Below are positions 7,270 through 16,523 of a stretch of DNA of 21,846 bases, piece by piece; position 1 is the stretch's first letter, and each line of letters opens with the position of its first letter. A model generated the notes under the pieces. It saw only the letters and a list, made by a program, of their open reading frames with translations, had not been told where the DNA came from and ran no database searches. The position numbers and the translations under genes are program-made. The DNA lies in IMG/VR virus record IMGVR_UViG_2778261514_000003; one strand, written 5' to 3'. The stretch is from a virus (lineage: Duplodnaviria; Heunggongvirae; Uroviricota; Caudoviricetes).

Positions 7270-8764
7270 TCTTTCACACATTATTGCAGCAGCATTCAAT
7301 GAACCGCTGCTTCTGGAGCCCGCCTATGCGCGGGTTTTCTTTTGCGCGCTCGGGCGCGAGATGGGGGCAGCAAGTCTTTCGGTACCACAACAGCAGGTAC
7401 AGCTTGATGCACCCGGAATGCTGGCTGAAACGGACGAGTACATGGCCGGAGGTAAACGACCGGCCCGTGTTTACCGGGTGGTGAACGGTATTGCTGTACT
7501 GCCGGTGACAGGCACGCTGGTGCACCGGCTGGGGGGTATGCGGCCATTTTCCGGAATGACAGGCTATGACGGCATTGTCGCCTGTCTTCAGCAGGCAATG
7601 GCGGATAGCCAGGTGCGGGGTGTACTGCTGGACATTGACAGTCCGGGCGGGCAGGCCGCCGGTGCGTTTGACTGTGCTGACATGATTTACCGCCTCCGTC
7701 AGCAGAAGCCGGTCTGGGCACTGTGCAATGACACGGCCTGTTCTGCAGCCATGCTGCTGGCGTCGGCCTGCTCCCGACGGCTGGTTACCCAGACATCCCG
7801 TATCGGCTCCATTGGCGTGATGATGAGCCATGTCAGCTATGCCGGTCATCTGGCGCAGGCCGGTGTGGATATCACGCTGATTTACTCAGGGGCGCACAAG
7901 GTGGATGGCAATCAGTTTGAAGCGTTGCCGGAAGAGGTTCGCCAGGACATGCAGCAGCGGATTGATGCGGCGCGCCGGATGTTTGCCGAAAAAGTGGCGA
8001 TGTATACCGGTCTGTCTGTTGATGCAGTCACGGGAACAGAGGCCGCCGTTTTTGAAGGTCAGTCCGGCATTGAGGCCGGGCTGGCGGATGAATTAATCAA
8101 TGCGTCGGATGCCATCAGCGTGATGGCTGCGGCGCTGAACACACATGATACAGGAGGCACTATGCCGCAATTAACTGCAACGGAAGCTGCCGCGCAGGAG
8201 AACCAGCGAGTGATGGGGATCCTGACGTGTCAGGAAGCGAAAGGACGTGAACACCTTGCCACGATGCTGGCAGGACAACAGGGCATGAGCGTTGAACAGG
8301 CCCGGGCGATTCTGACCGCGGCAGCACCACAGCAGCCGGTGGCATCCACGCAGAGTGAAGCCGATCGCATTATGGCGTGTGAAGAGGCTAAAGGTCGTGA
8401 ACAACTGGCGGCAACGCTGGCGGCGATGCCGGAGATGACGGTGGAAAAAGCCCGCCCGATCCTGGCGGCTTCACCGCAGGCGGATGCCGGACCCTCACTC
8501 CGTGATCAGATTATGGCTCTGGATGAGGCAAAAGGGGCTGAGGCGCAGGCTGAAAAACTGGCGGCGTTTCCCGGAATGACGGTGGAGGCTGCCCGCGACA
8601 TTCTGTCCTCATCGCCGGATAAAGCAGAACCGGTTTCTGCATCCACAACCGCCATGTTTGAACGCATCATGGCGAACCATTCACCGGCAGCCGTGCAGGG
8701 TGGCGTGTCACAGACGTCGGCAGACGGTGATGCGGACGTGAAAATGCTCATGGCCATGCCATGA
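7259..8764 (+). CDS. C: Prohead protease / scaffold fusion (gpC-like, ClpP/SppA-type serine protease domain) with extended C-terminal repeat region
   Basis: GTG start overlapping the B stop. N-terminal region (AAFNEPLLLEPAYARVFFCAL...VWALCNDTACSAAMLLASACSRRLVTQTSRIGSIGVMMSH) matches lambda gpC as recalled. 501 aa, longer than lambda C. Confidence 0.9.
   Translation: MRRNLSHIIAAAFNEPLLLEPAYARVFFCALGREMGAASLSVPQQQVQLDAPGMLAETDEYMAGGKRPARVYRVVNGIAVLPVTGTLVHRLGGMRPFSGMTGYDGIVACLQQAMADSQVRGVLLDIDSPGGQAAGAFDCADMIYRLRQQKPVWALCNDTACSAAMLLASACSRRLVTQTSRIGSIGVMMSHVSYAGHLAQAGVDITLIYSGAHKVDGNQFEALPEEVRQDMQQRIDAARRMFAEKVAMYTGLSVDAVTGTEAAVFEGQSGIEAGLADELINASDAISVMAAALNTHDTGGTMPQLTATEAAAQENQRVMGILTCQEAKGREHLATMLAGQQGMSVEQARAILTAAAPQQPVASTQSEADRIMACEEAKGREQLAATLAAMPEMTVEKARPILAASPQADAGPSLRDQIMALDEAKGAEAQAEKLAAFPGMTVEAARDILSSSPDKAEPVSASTTAMFERIMANHSPAAVQGGVSQTSADGDADVKMLMAMP
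8162..8764 (+). CDS. nu3: Scaffolding protein Nu3-like, in-frame internal start within C
   Basis: Internal ATG at 8162 in the C frame preceded by GGAGG ribosome-binding site, as for lambda Nu3 nested in C. Contains three tandem repeats of about 47 aa. Confidence 0.6.
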   Translation: MPQLTATEAAAQENQRVMGILTCQEAKGREHLATMLAGQQGMSVEQARAILTAAAPQQPVASTQSEADRIMACEEAKGREQLAATLAAMPEMTVEKARPILAASPQADAGPSLRDQIMALDEAKGAEAQAEKLAAFPGMTVEAARDILSSSPDKAEPVSASTTAMFERIMANHSPAAVQGGVSQTSADGDADVKMLMAMP

Positions 8765-8800
8765 AGTCAGTGCTGACCATCAATATGAGGTTTTTACAAT

Positions 8801-9148
8801 ATGGTAACGAAAACCATCACTGAACAACGTGCAGAAGTACGTATTTTTGCCGGTAATGATCCGGCTCATACCGCCACAGGCAGCAGCGGGATTTCTCAGG
8901 CAACACCGGCACTGACGCCCCTGATGCTGGATGAAGCCAGCGGGAAACTGGTGGTCTGGGACGGACAGAAAGCCGGTAGTGCGGCTGGCATACTGGTACT
9001 GCCGCTTGAAGGCACAGAGACGGTGCTGACGTATTACAAGTCGGGGACCTTTGCGACGGAGGCAATCCGCTGGCCTGAAAGTGTGGATGAACACAAAAAG
9101 GCCAACGCCTTTGTCGGCACAGCCCTGAGTCACGCGGCGCTGCCGTAA
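8801..9148 (+). CDS. D: Head decoration protein (gpD-like)
   Basis: 115 aa. Similarity to lambda gpD (DPAHTAT...TPLMLD...KLV.WDG...YKSGTF). Confidence 0.9.
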   Translation: MVTKTITEQRAEVRIFAGNDPAHTATGSSGISQATPALTPLMLDEASGKLVVWDGQKAGSAAGILVLPLEGTETVLTYYKSGTFATEAIRWPESVDEHKKANAFVGTALSHAALP

Positions 9149-9205
9149 CACGTTATCAGGCCACCGCGTTGGCCTGACTGATTTCTGAATGAAAGGAACT
9201 GATTT

Positions 9206-10234
9206 ATGGGATTGTTTACGACCCGCCAGTTACTCGGTTATACCGAACAAAAAGTGAAATTTCGTGCGCTGTTTCTGGAACTGTTTTTCCGCCGTACGGT
9301 GAATTTCCACACCGAAGAGGTGATGCTGGACAAAATTACCGGAAAAACGCCGGTGGCAGCCTATGTCTCCCCGGTTGTTGAAGGAAAAGTGCTGCGTCAT
9401 CGTGGTGGTGAAACCCGCGTGTTGCGTCCGGGCTACGTTAAGCCGAAACACGAATTTAATTACCAGCAGGCGGTTGAGCGCCTTCCCGGTGAAGATCCGG
9501 CTCAGCTGAACGACCCGGCCTACCGTCGTCTGCGTATCATTACCGATAACCTCAAACAGGAAGAGCACGCCATTGTCCAGGTGGAAGAAATGCAGGCGGT
9601 GAATGCCGTGCTGTATGGCAAATACACCATGGAAGGGGATCAGTTTGATACTGTCGAGGTGGATTTCGGGCGCTCTGAAGGAAATAACATTGAGCAGGCT
9701 GACGGTAAAAAATGGTCTGAGCAGGACCGTGATACGTTTGATCCGACGCATGATATTGACCTCTACTGCGATCAGGCCAGCGGCCTTGTGAATATCGCCA
9801 TTATGGACGGTACGGTCTGGCGTCTGCTGAATGGCTTTAAGCTGTTCCGCGAAAAACTGGATACCCGTCGCGGCTCAAATTCACAACTCGAAACGGCAGT
9901 GAAAGACCTGGGGGCGGTGGTGTCCTTCAAGGGGTATTACGGCGATCTGGCCATTGTGGTGGCGAAAACGTCTTATGTGGCAGAGGACGGTACCGAAAAA
10001 CGTTATCTGCCGGAGGGCACACTGGTCCTGGGGAATACGGCAGCAGAGGGCATTCGTTGCTATGGTGCCATTCAGGATGCGCAGGCGTTGTCCGAAGGTG
10101 TGGTGGCCTCTTCCCGTTATCCGAAACACTGGCTGACGGTGGGCGATCCGGCCCGTGAATTCACCATGACGCAGTCCGCACCGCTGATGGTGCTGCCGGA
10201 TCCGGATGAGTTTGTGGTGGTACAGGTGAAATAA
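9206..10234 (+). CDS. E: Major capsid protein (gpE-like)
   Basis: 342 aa. Strong similarity to lambda gpE (PGYVKPKHE, EEMQAV.AVL.GKYTM, KLDTRRGSNS.LETAVKDLG, GDPAREFTM.QSAPLM). AAAGGAA ribosome-binding site. Confidence 0.95.
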   Translation: MGLFTTRQLLGYTEQKVKFRALFLELFFRRTVNFHTEEVMLDKITGKTPVAAYVSPVVEGKVLRHRGGETRVLRPGYVKPKHEFNYQQAVERLPGEDPAQLNDPAYRRLRIITDNLKQEEHAIVQVEEMQAVNAVLYGKYTMEGDQFDTVEVDFGRSEGNNIEQADGKKWSEQDRDTFDPTHDIDLYCDQASGLVNIAIMDGTVWRLLNGFKLFREKLDTRRGSNSQLETAVKDLGAVVSFKGYYGDLAIVVAKTSYVAEDGTEKRYLPEGTLVLGNTAAEGIRCYGAIQDAQALSEGVVASSRYPKHWLTVGDPAREFTMTQSAPLMVLPDPDEFVVVQVK

Positions 10235-10242
10235 TCCGTGAG

Positions 10243-10271
10243 CGGGGGCGAAATGCCCCCGTGTCTTTTTT
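10243..10271 (+). terminator. GC-rich hairpin followed by T-tract between E and FI (partial terminator / RNA-stabilising element)
   Basis: Perfect 7-bp stem CGGGGGC/GCCCCCG (10243-10249 / 10255-10261) with 5-nt loop, followed by TTTTTT at 10266-10271. An analogous hairpin is present at the E-FI junction of lambda as I recall it. Confidence 0.5.
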
Positions 10272-10285
10272 CACAGGAGGCTGAG

Positions 10286-10669
10286 ATGGCAACAAAAGAA
10301 GAAAATCTGAATCGTCTTCGTCAACTGGCTGGCCTGCTGGGGCGCGAGGCGGATATGTCGGGGAGTGCTGCGGATATTGCTCAACGTGTGTCTGAGTGGG
10401 AAGAGGAGCTTGCTGTTTCCCCGGAGGGCATTATGCACTCTGATGAGAGCAGGGCTGATCAAAATCACACAGACGATGGTGAGCAGTTGAACAACACGGA
10501 TGCTCCGGATGATGTTAAAGCCGTCCGGGTACGGAAGTGCCTGCAAGTAATGGGGTATTGCCCGGAGACAGGTCGTCCCGTTGAGCTGGCGTTACGGGGT
10601 ATGCGTGTTCTGGTGCCATCATCACTGGCAACGGCCATGATACAGCACGGAACGGCTGAATATGCGTGA
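10286..10669 (+). CDS. FI: DNA packaging protein FI
   Basis: Start at ATG 10286 after GGAGG ribosome-binding site. Position and size correspond to lambda FI. Confidence 0.8.
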   Translation: MATKEENLNRLRQLAGLLGREADMSGSAADIAQRVSEWEEELAVSPEGIMHSDESRADQNHTDDGEQLNNTDAPDDVKAVRVRKCLQVMGYCPETGRPVELALRGMRVLVPSSLATAMIQHGTAEYA

Positions 10670-11015
10670 TTTTCAGAATGCCTTTGATGCTGCCCTCGCC
10701 GGGGTGGACAGTACGATCGTTGAAGTGATGGGGATCCGTGCGCAGTTCACCTCCGGAGCACAACGTGGCGGCGAAGTTCAGGGGGTTTTTGACGATCCGG
10801 AGTCGCTGGGTTTTGCCGGTGGCGGGGTCCGTATTGAAGGAAGCAGCCCGTCATTATTTGTGCGGACGGATACGGTGCGTGCCGTGCGGCGTGGTGACAC
10901 GCTGACCATTAACGGCGAGATGTTCTGGGTGGATCGTGTTTCTCCGGATGACGGGGGAAGCTGTTATCTCTGGCTCAACCGTGGGCAACCACCCGCTGTT
11001 AACCGGCGACGATAA
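10662..11015 (+). CDS. FII: Head-tail connector / head completion protein FII
   Basis: 117 aa. Strong similarity to lambda FII (GVFDDPE...GSSPSLFVRTD.VR..RRGDTLTI...FWVDRVSPDDGGSC.LWL.RG.PPAVNRRR). Confidence 0.92.
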   Translation: MRDFQNAFDAALAGVDSTIVEVMGIRAQFTSGAQRGGEVQGVFDDPESLGFAGGGVRIEGSSPSLFVRTDTVRAVRRGDTLTINGEMFWVDRVSPDDGGSCYLWLNRGQPPAVNRRR

Positions 11016-11030
11016 ACGCAGGGTGAAATT

Positions 11031-11606
11031 ATGGCGATAAAAGGGCTTGATCAGGCGATTGATAATCTGAGCCGGGTTCGTAAAAACGCCATTCCGGCGG
11101 CTTCAGCAATGACGATTAACCGCGTGGCCACAACGGCGATTAATCAGTCTTCGTCACAGGTTGCCCGGGAAACCAGGGTGAGACGGAAACTGGTAAAGGA
11201 ACGGTCCAGACTGAAACGGGCGACGGTCAGAAATCCGAATGCCAGAATTATCGTTAACCGCGGTGATCTCCCTGTGATTAAGCTGGGGATCAGAATGCTG
11301 GGGCGTCGTCCGGACAGCATACTCAAAGCCGGTCAGCATCGTTATCAGCGGGCATTTATCCAGCGATTAAATAATTGGCGCTGGCATGTTATGCAACGTC
11401 TTCCCCAGGCCAGATATGAGGAGGGCAATGACGACAAGGGAAGGAAAAAGCGTAATCGCCTTCCCATTCAGGTGGTGAAAATCCCGATGGCGGCCCCACT
11501 GAAACAGGCATTTGATGAGAATGTTGACCGTATCCGGCGTGAACGCCTGCCTAAAGAACTGGCATACGCGCTGAAACAACAACTGAGGATTGCGATAAAA
11601 CGATGA
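11031..11606 (+). CDS. Z: Tail completion protein Z
   Basis: 191 aa. Similarity to lambda gpZ (MAIKGL.QA..NLSR...INRVA...SQVARET.VRRKLVKER.RLKRATV.NP). Confidence 0.9.
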   Translation: MAIKGLDQAIDNLSRVRKNAIPAASAMTINRVATTAINQSSSQVARETRVRRKLVKERSRLKRATVRNPNARIIVNRGDLPVIKLGIRMLGRRPDSILKAGQHRYQRAFIQRLNNWRWHVMQRLPQARYEEGNDDKGRKKRNRLPIQVVKIPMAAPLKQAFDENVDRIRRERLPKELAYALKQQLRIAIKR

Positions 11607-11998
11607 AACACACTGACATTCGTGCCGCAGTGCTGGATGCACTCGAGCAGCATGAACACGGGGCGACGCTGTTTGATGGTCGCCCCGTTGTTTTTGACGA
11701 AGAGGATTTTCCTGCGATCGCGGTTTATCTGACGGATGCAGAGTATACCGGTGAAGAGCTGGATGCAGATACCTGGCGGGCCACACTGCATATTGAGGTG
11801 TTTTTACCGGCACAGGTACCGGATTCAGAGCTTGATCAGTGGATGGAAAGCCGGATTTATCCGGCGATGACTGCGATCCCGGTACTGGCAGGACTGATTA
11901 CCACGATGGTTACGCAGGGCTATGAGTATCGTCGTGATGACGATATGGCGTTATGGAGCTCTGCGGATCTGACTTATTCCATTACATACGAGATGTGA
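11603..11998 (+). CDS. U: Tail terminator protein U
   Basis: 131 aa. ATGA overlap with Z. Similarity to lambda gpU ([45 protein letters not shown]). Confidence 0.92.
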   Translation: MKHTDIRAAVLDALEQHEHGATLFDGRPVVFDEEDFPAIAVYLTDAEYTGEELDADTWRATLHIEVFLPAQVPDSELDQWMESRIYPAMTAIPVLAGLITTMVTQGYEYRRDDDMALWSSADLTYSITYEM

Positions 11999-12005
11999 GG
12001 ACGAT

Positions 12006-12758
12006 ATGGCAACACCAAATCCCCTGGAGCCGGTAAAAGGTGCCGGTACCACTCTGTGGGTTTATAACGGTCAGGGTGACGCCTATGCAAACCCGTTGTC
12101 AGACGATGACTGGCAGCGACTGGCTAAGGTGAAGGATCTGACGCCGGGCGAGATGACGGCTGAATCCTACGATGATAACTACCTGGATGATGAAGACGCG
12201 GACTGGACCGCGACCGGGCAGGGACAGAAATCTGCAGGTGATACCAGTTTTACGCTGGCCTGGAAACCGGGAGAGGAAGGCCAGAAAGGGCTTATAGGCT
12301 GGTTTGAAAGCGGCGATGTCCGGGCCTATAAAATCCGTTTTCCGAATGGCACGGTGGATGTGTTTCGTGGCTGGGTCAGCAGTATCGGTAAGGCCGTGAC
12401 GGCGAAAGAAGTGATCACCCGCACGGTGAAAGTCACTAACGTGGGTAAACCTTCTGTAGCGGAAGAACGCAGCAAAATTACGCCGGTCAGTGCGATTAAG
12501 GTGACGCCTACATCCGGTACGGTGGAAAAAGGGAAAACAACCACCCTGACGGTTTCTTTTGAGCCGGAAAGTGCAACCGACAAGACGTTCAGAGCGGTTT
12601 CCGCCGATCCGTCGAAAGCCACCATTAGTGTGAAAGATATGACAATTACGGTAAACGGCGTGGCGACAGGTAAGGTGCAGATCCCTGTGGTGAGCGGAAA
12701 TGGTCAGTTCGCCGCAGTGGCTGAAGTCACCGTTACTGAAGCGGGCGCTGCAGGGTAA
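12006..12758 (+). CDS. V: Major tail tube protein V, with C-terminal Ig-like domain
   Basis: 250 aa. Strong similarity to lambda gpV including [40 protein letters not shown] and the C-terminal Ig-like region. Confidence 0.95.
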   Translation: MATPNPLEPVKGAGTTLWVYNGQGDAYANPLSDDDWQRLAKVKDLTPGEMTAESYDDNYLDDEDADWTATGQGQKSAGDTSFTLAWKPGEEGQKGLIGWFESGDVRAYKIRFPNGTVDVFRGWVSSIGKAVTAKEVITRTVKVTNVGKPSVAEERSKITPVSAIKVTPTSGTVEKGKTTTLTVSFEPESATDKTFRAVSADPSKATISVKDMTITVNGVATGKVQIPVVSGNGQFAAVAEVTVTEAGAAG

Positions 12759-12771
12759 ACGGAGGTAATAC

Positions 12772-13203
12772 ATGTTTCTGAAAACAGAACAATTTGAATA
12801 TAACGGTGTGTCTGTCACGCTTTCCGAATTGTCTGCGCTGCAGCGTATCGAGCATCTTGCCCTCCTGAAACGGCGTGCAGAACAGGCAGAATCCTGCGGC
12901 AACCTGCAGGTAAGCGTGGAAGATCTCGTCAGAACCGGCGCGTTTCTGGTGGCGATGTCCCTGTGGCATAACCATCCACAGAAAACGCAGTCACCGTCAA
13001 TGAATGAGGCCGTGATGAAGATAGAGCAGGAAGTGCTCACCACCTGGCCTGCCGATGCCATTGCCCGGGCGGAAGACGTGGTGTTGTGCCTGTCCGGGAT
13101 GATCGAAGCTGTTCGTCCGGATACTGATATTACTGAAGTGGCGAAAAATAACACGCTGACTGATGATGATTTTTCTGCGGGAAAGTCTTCGACGGCGAGC
13201 TGA
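12772..13203 (+). CDS. G: Tail assembly chaperone G
   Basis: 143 aa. Similarity to lambda gpG (MFLKTE.FE.NGV.VTLSELSALQRIEHLAL.KR.AEQAES...TGAFLVAMSLWHNHPQKTQ). Confidence 0.9.
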   Translation: MFLKTEQFEYNGVSVTLSELSALQRIEHLALLKRRAEQAESCGNLQVSVEDLVRTGAFLVAMSLWHNHPQKTQSPSMNEAVMKIEQEVLTTWPADAIARAEDVVLCLSGMIEAVRPDTDITEVAKNNTLTDDDFSAGKSSTAS

Positions 13204-13643
13204 ACTTTGCCCTCAGACTGGCGCGTGAGATGGGGAGACCCGACTGGCGCGCCATGCTTGCCGGGATGACATCCACCGAATATGCCGACTGGCACCGTTT
13301 TTACCGCACGCATTATTTTCAGGATACCCAGCTGGATATGCATTTTTCCGGGCTGACGTACGCTGTACTCAGCCTGTTTTTTTGCGATCCGGATATGCAT
13401 CCCTCTGATTTCAGTCTGCTTGTCCCCCGGCATGAGGAAGAGCAGGTGGAGAGGCCGGATGAGGACAAAATGCTGATGCAGAAAGCGGCAGGACTTGCCG
13501 GAGGCGTCCGGTTCGGTGGGGACGGAGGGCGCGATATTTTATCGTCTGCGGATGTGGCGGATGTCATGGTGGATGATGCCGCATTAATGATGGCTTCAGC
13601 GGGGATTCCGGGAGGTGTGAGATATGTCCCAGCCGGTTGGTGA
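12772..13643 (+). CDS. G-T: Tail assembly chaperone G-T fusion produced by programmed -1 ribosomal frameshift at GGGAAAG (13179-13185)
   Basis: Slippery heptamer G GGA AAG in the G zero frame, identical to the lambda G-T site as recalled. The -1 frame continues as GKVFDGELNFALRLAREMGRPDWRAMLAGMTSTEYADWHRFY..., matching lambda T. T stop TGA at 13641-13643 lies just inside the H start region. Confidence 0.8.
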
Positions 13644-16197
13644 TCTTGTTATTGACCTTAGTCTGGATGCTGTCCGTTTCGATGAGCAGATGAGCCGGGT
13701 AAGGCGTCATTTTTCAGGTCTGGATACCGACGCCAGAAAAACCGCCAGTGCTGTTGAACAGGGCCTGAGCCGCCAGGCGCTGGCTGCACAAAAAGCAGGG
13801 ATTTCCGTCGGGCAGTATAAAGCGGCCATGCGAACCCTGCCCGCACAGTTTACGGATATCGCCACGCAGCTTGCCGGTGGTCAGAATCCCTGGCTGATCC
13901 TGCTGCAACAGGGCGGTCAGGTGAAGGACTCCTTCGGCGGGATGATCCCCATGTTCAGGGGGCTTGCCGGTGCGATCAGCCTGCCGATGGTCGGGGTCAC
14001 CTCGCTGGCGGTGGCGACAGGTGCGCTGGCGTACGCCTGGTACCAGGGGGATTCCACGCTTTCAGAATTTAATAAAACGCTGGTCCTTTCCGGCAATCAG
14101 GCCGGACTGACTGCCGATCGTATGCTGACGCTCTCAAGAGCCGGGCAGGCAGCAGGGCTGACGTTTAACCAGGCGAGAGAGTCACTGGCAGCCCTGGTGA
14201 ATGCCGGTGTGCGTGGTGGTGAACAGTTTGATGCCATTAACCAGAGTGTCGCGCGTTTTGCGTCTGCATCCGGTGTTGAAGTGGACAAGGTTGCAGAGGC
14301 TTTCGGAAAACTGACCACCGACCCGACGTCGGGACTGATGGCGATGGCGCGCCAGTTCCGTAACGTGACGGCAGAGCAGATTGCGTATGTTGCACAACTG
14401 CAGCGTTCCGGAGACGAGGCCGGGGCCTTACAGGCGGCGAACGATATCGCCACGAAAGGCTTTGATGAGCAGACCCGTCGCCTGAAAGAAAACATGGGAA
14501 CACTGGAGACCTGGGCGGATAAAACAGGGAAGGCATTCAAATCGATGTGGGATGCCATTCTGGATATCGGTCGTCCGGAATCCTCAGCGGATATGCTCGC
14601 CAGTGCGCAGAAGGCATTTGATGAGGCGGATAAAAAATGGCAGTGGTACCAGAGCCGGAGCCAGCGCCGCGGTAAAACCTCCTCTTTCCGGGCCAACCTT
14701 CAGGGCGCATGGGATGACCGGGAAAATGCCCGTCTGGGTCTGGCAGCGGCAACGCTGCAGTCGGATATGGAAAAAGCCGGTGAACTGGCGGCAAGGGACA
14801 GGGCTGAGCGTGAGTCGTCACAGCTGAAGTATACCGGAGAGGCGCAGAAGGCGTATGAGCGCCTGCTGACGCCACTGGAGAAATATACCGCCCGGCAGGA
14901 AGAGCTGAATAAGGCCCTGAAAGACGGGAAAATCCTGCAGGCGGATTACAACACGCTGATGGCGTCGGCAAAAAAGGATTATGAGTCGACGCAGAAAAAG
15001 CCGTCCGGTGTGAAGGTGTCTGCCGGTGAGCGCCAGGAAGACCGGGCGCATGCAGCCATGCTGGCGCTTGAAACCGAGCTCAGGACGCTGGAAAAACACA
15101 GCGGTGTGAATGAGAAAATCAGCCAGCAGCGCCGGGATTTATGGGAAGCGGAAAATCAGTATGTGGTCCTGAAAGAGGCCGCCACGAAACGGCAGTTATC
15201 TGAGCAGGAAAAATCCCTGCTGGCCCATGAGAAAGAGACGCTGGAGTACAAACGCCAGCTGGCTGACCTGGGCGACAAGGTTGAACACCAGAAACGGCTG
15301 AATGAGCTGGCACAGCAGGCGGCGCGGTTTGAACAGCAGCAGAGCGCGAAGCAGGCCGCCATCAGCGCAAAAGCCCGCGGCCTCACCGACCGTCAGGCGC
15401 AGCGGGAGTCGGAAGAGCAGCGCCTTCGTGACGTGTACGGTGATAATCCGGATGCGCTGGCGAAGGCCACATCTGCACTGAAGAACACCTGGTCTGCGGA
15501 GGAGCAGCTTCGTGGAAGCTGGATGGCGGGTCTGAAGTCCGGCTGGGGCGAGTGGGCGGAAAGTGCGACGGACAGTTTTTCGCAGGTTAAAAGCGCGGCC
15601 ACGCAGACCTTTGACGGTATTGCACAGAATATGGCAGCGATGCTGACCGGCAGCGAACAGAACTGGCGTGGTTTCACCCGTTCCGTGCTCTCCATGCTGA
15701 CAGAGATTTTTCTGAAGCAGGCGATGGTGGGGATTGTCGGGCGTATCGGCAGCGCCATTGGTGGTGCTTTCGGTGGTGGCGCATCCGCTTCCACGGGGAC
15801 GGCCATTCAGGCTGCGGCGGCGAACTTCCATTTCGCGACCGGGGGATTTACGGGAACCGGTGGCAAATATGAGCCAGCGGGGATTGTCCACCGCGGGGAG
15901 TTTGTCTTCACGAAGGAGGCAACCAGCCGGATTGGTGTCGGGAACCTGTACCGCCTGATGCGGGGCTATGCGGAAGGGGGGTATGTGGGTGCTGCCGGAA
16001 GTCCGGCGCAGATGCGGCGGGCGGAAGGTATTAATTTTAATCAGAACAATCACGTGGTGATTCAGAACGACGGCATCAACGGACAGGCCGGGCCGCAGCT
16101 GATGAAAGCGGTGTATGAGATGGCCCGTAAAGGTGCGCAGGATGAGCTCCGGCTGCAGTTGCGTGATGGCGGTCTGTTATCGGGGAGCGGGCGATGA
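13624..16197 (+). CDS. H: Tail tape measure protein H
   Basis: 857 aa. Colinear similarity to lambda gpH (853 aa) throughout, including the Gly-rich C-terminal region. Confidence 0.95.
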   Translation: MSQPVGDLVIDLSLDAVRFDEQMSRVRRHFSGLDTDARKTASAVEQGLSRQALAAQKAGISVGQYKAAMRTLPAQFTDIATQLAGGQNPWLILLQQGGQVKDSFGGMIPMFRGLAGAISLPMVGVTSLAVATGALAYAWYQGDSTLSEFNKTLVLSGNQAGLTADRMLTLSRAGQAAGLTFNQARESLAALVNAGVRGGEQFDAINQSVARFASASGVEVDKVAEAFGKLTTDPTSGLMAMARQFRNVTAEQIAYVAQLQRSGDEAGALQAANDIATKGFDEQTRRLKENMGTLETWADKTGKAFKSMWDAILDIGRPESSADMLASAQKAFDEADKKWQWYQSRSQRRGKTSSFRANLQGAWDDRENARLGLAAATLQSDMEKAGELAARDRAERESSQLKYTGEAQKAYERLLTPLEKYTARQEELNKALKDGKILQADYNTLMASAKKDYESTQKKPSGVKVSAGERQEDRAHAAMLALETELRTLEKHSGVNEKISQQRRDLWEAENQYVVLKEAATKRQLSEQEKSLLAHEKETLEYKRQLADLGDKVEHQKRLNELAQQAARFEQQQSAKQAAISAKARGLTDRQAQRESEEQRLRDVYGDNPDALAKATSALKNTWSAEEQLRGSWMAGLKSGWGEWAESATDSFSQVKSAATQTFDGIAQNMAAMLTGSEQNWRGFTRSVLSMLTEIFLKQAMVGIVGRIGSAIGGAFGGGASASTGTAIQAAAANFHFATGGFTGTGGKYEPAGIVHRGEFVFTKEATSRIGVGNLYRLMRGYAEGGYVGAAGSPAQMRRAEGINFNQNNHVVIQNDGINGQAGPQLMKAVYEMARKGAQDELRLQLRDGGLLSGSGR

Positions 16198-16523
16198 AAA
16201 CCTTTCGCTGGAAAGTGAAACCGGATATGGAGGTGAACTCGCAGCCATCGGTGCGTGAAGTGCGTTTTGGTGACGGGTACTCACAGCGTATGGCGGCAGG
16301 GCTGAATGCTGACCTGAAAACATACCGGGTGATGCTTTCCGTGACCCGGGAGGAGGCCCGTCATCTGGAAGCGTTCCTGGCAGAGCACGGTGGCTGGAAG
16401 GCATTTTTGTGGAAGCCACCCTATGCATACCGGCAGATAAAGGTGACCTGTGCCGGGTGGTCTGCGCGGGTCGGGATGTTGCGCGTTGAGTTCAGCGCGG
16501 AGTTTAAGCAGGTGGTGAACTGA
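16194..16523 (+). CDS. M: Minor tail protein M
   Basis: 109 aa. ATGA overlap with H. Similarity to lambda gpM (MKTFRWKVKP.M.V...VR.V.FGDGYSQR...GLNA.LKTY). Confidence 0.9.
   Translation: MKTFRWKVKPDMEVNSQPSVREVRFGDGYSQRMAAGLNADLKTYRVMLSVTREEARHLEAFLAEHGGWKAFLWKPPYAYRQIKVTCAGWSARVGMLRVEFSAEFKQVVN

Noticed and set aside
12099-13433. Long minus-strand ORF (444 aa) spanning V, G and T
   Set aside because: Antisense to three well-supported, lambda-homologous + strand genes; Arg/Ser/Cys-rich low-complexity translation typical of a spurious open frame opposite GC-rich coding DNA; no ribosome-binding site.
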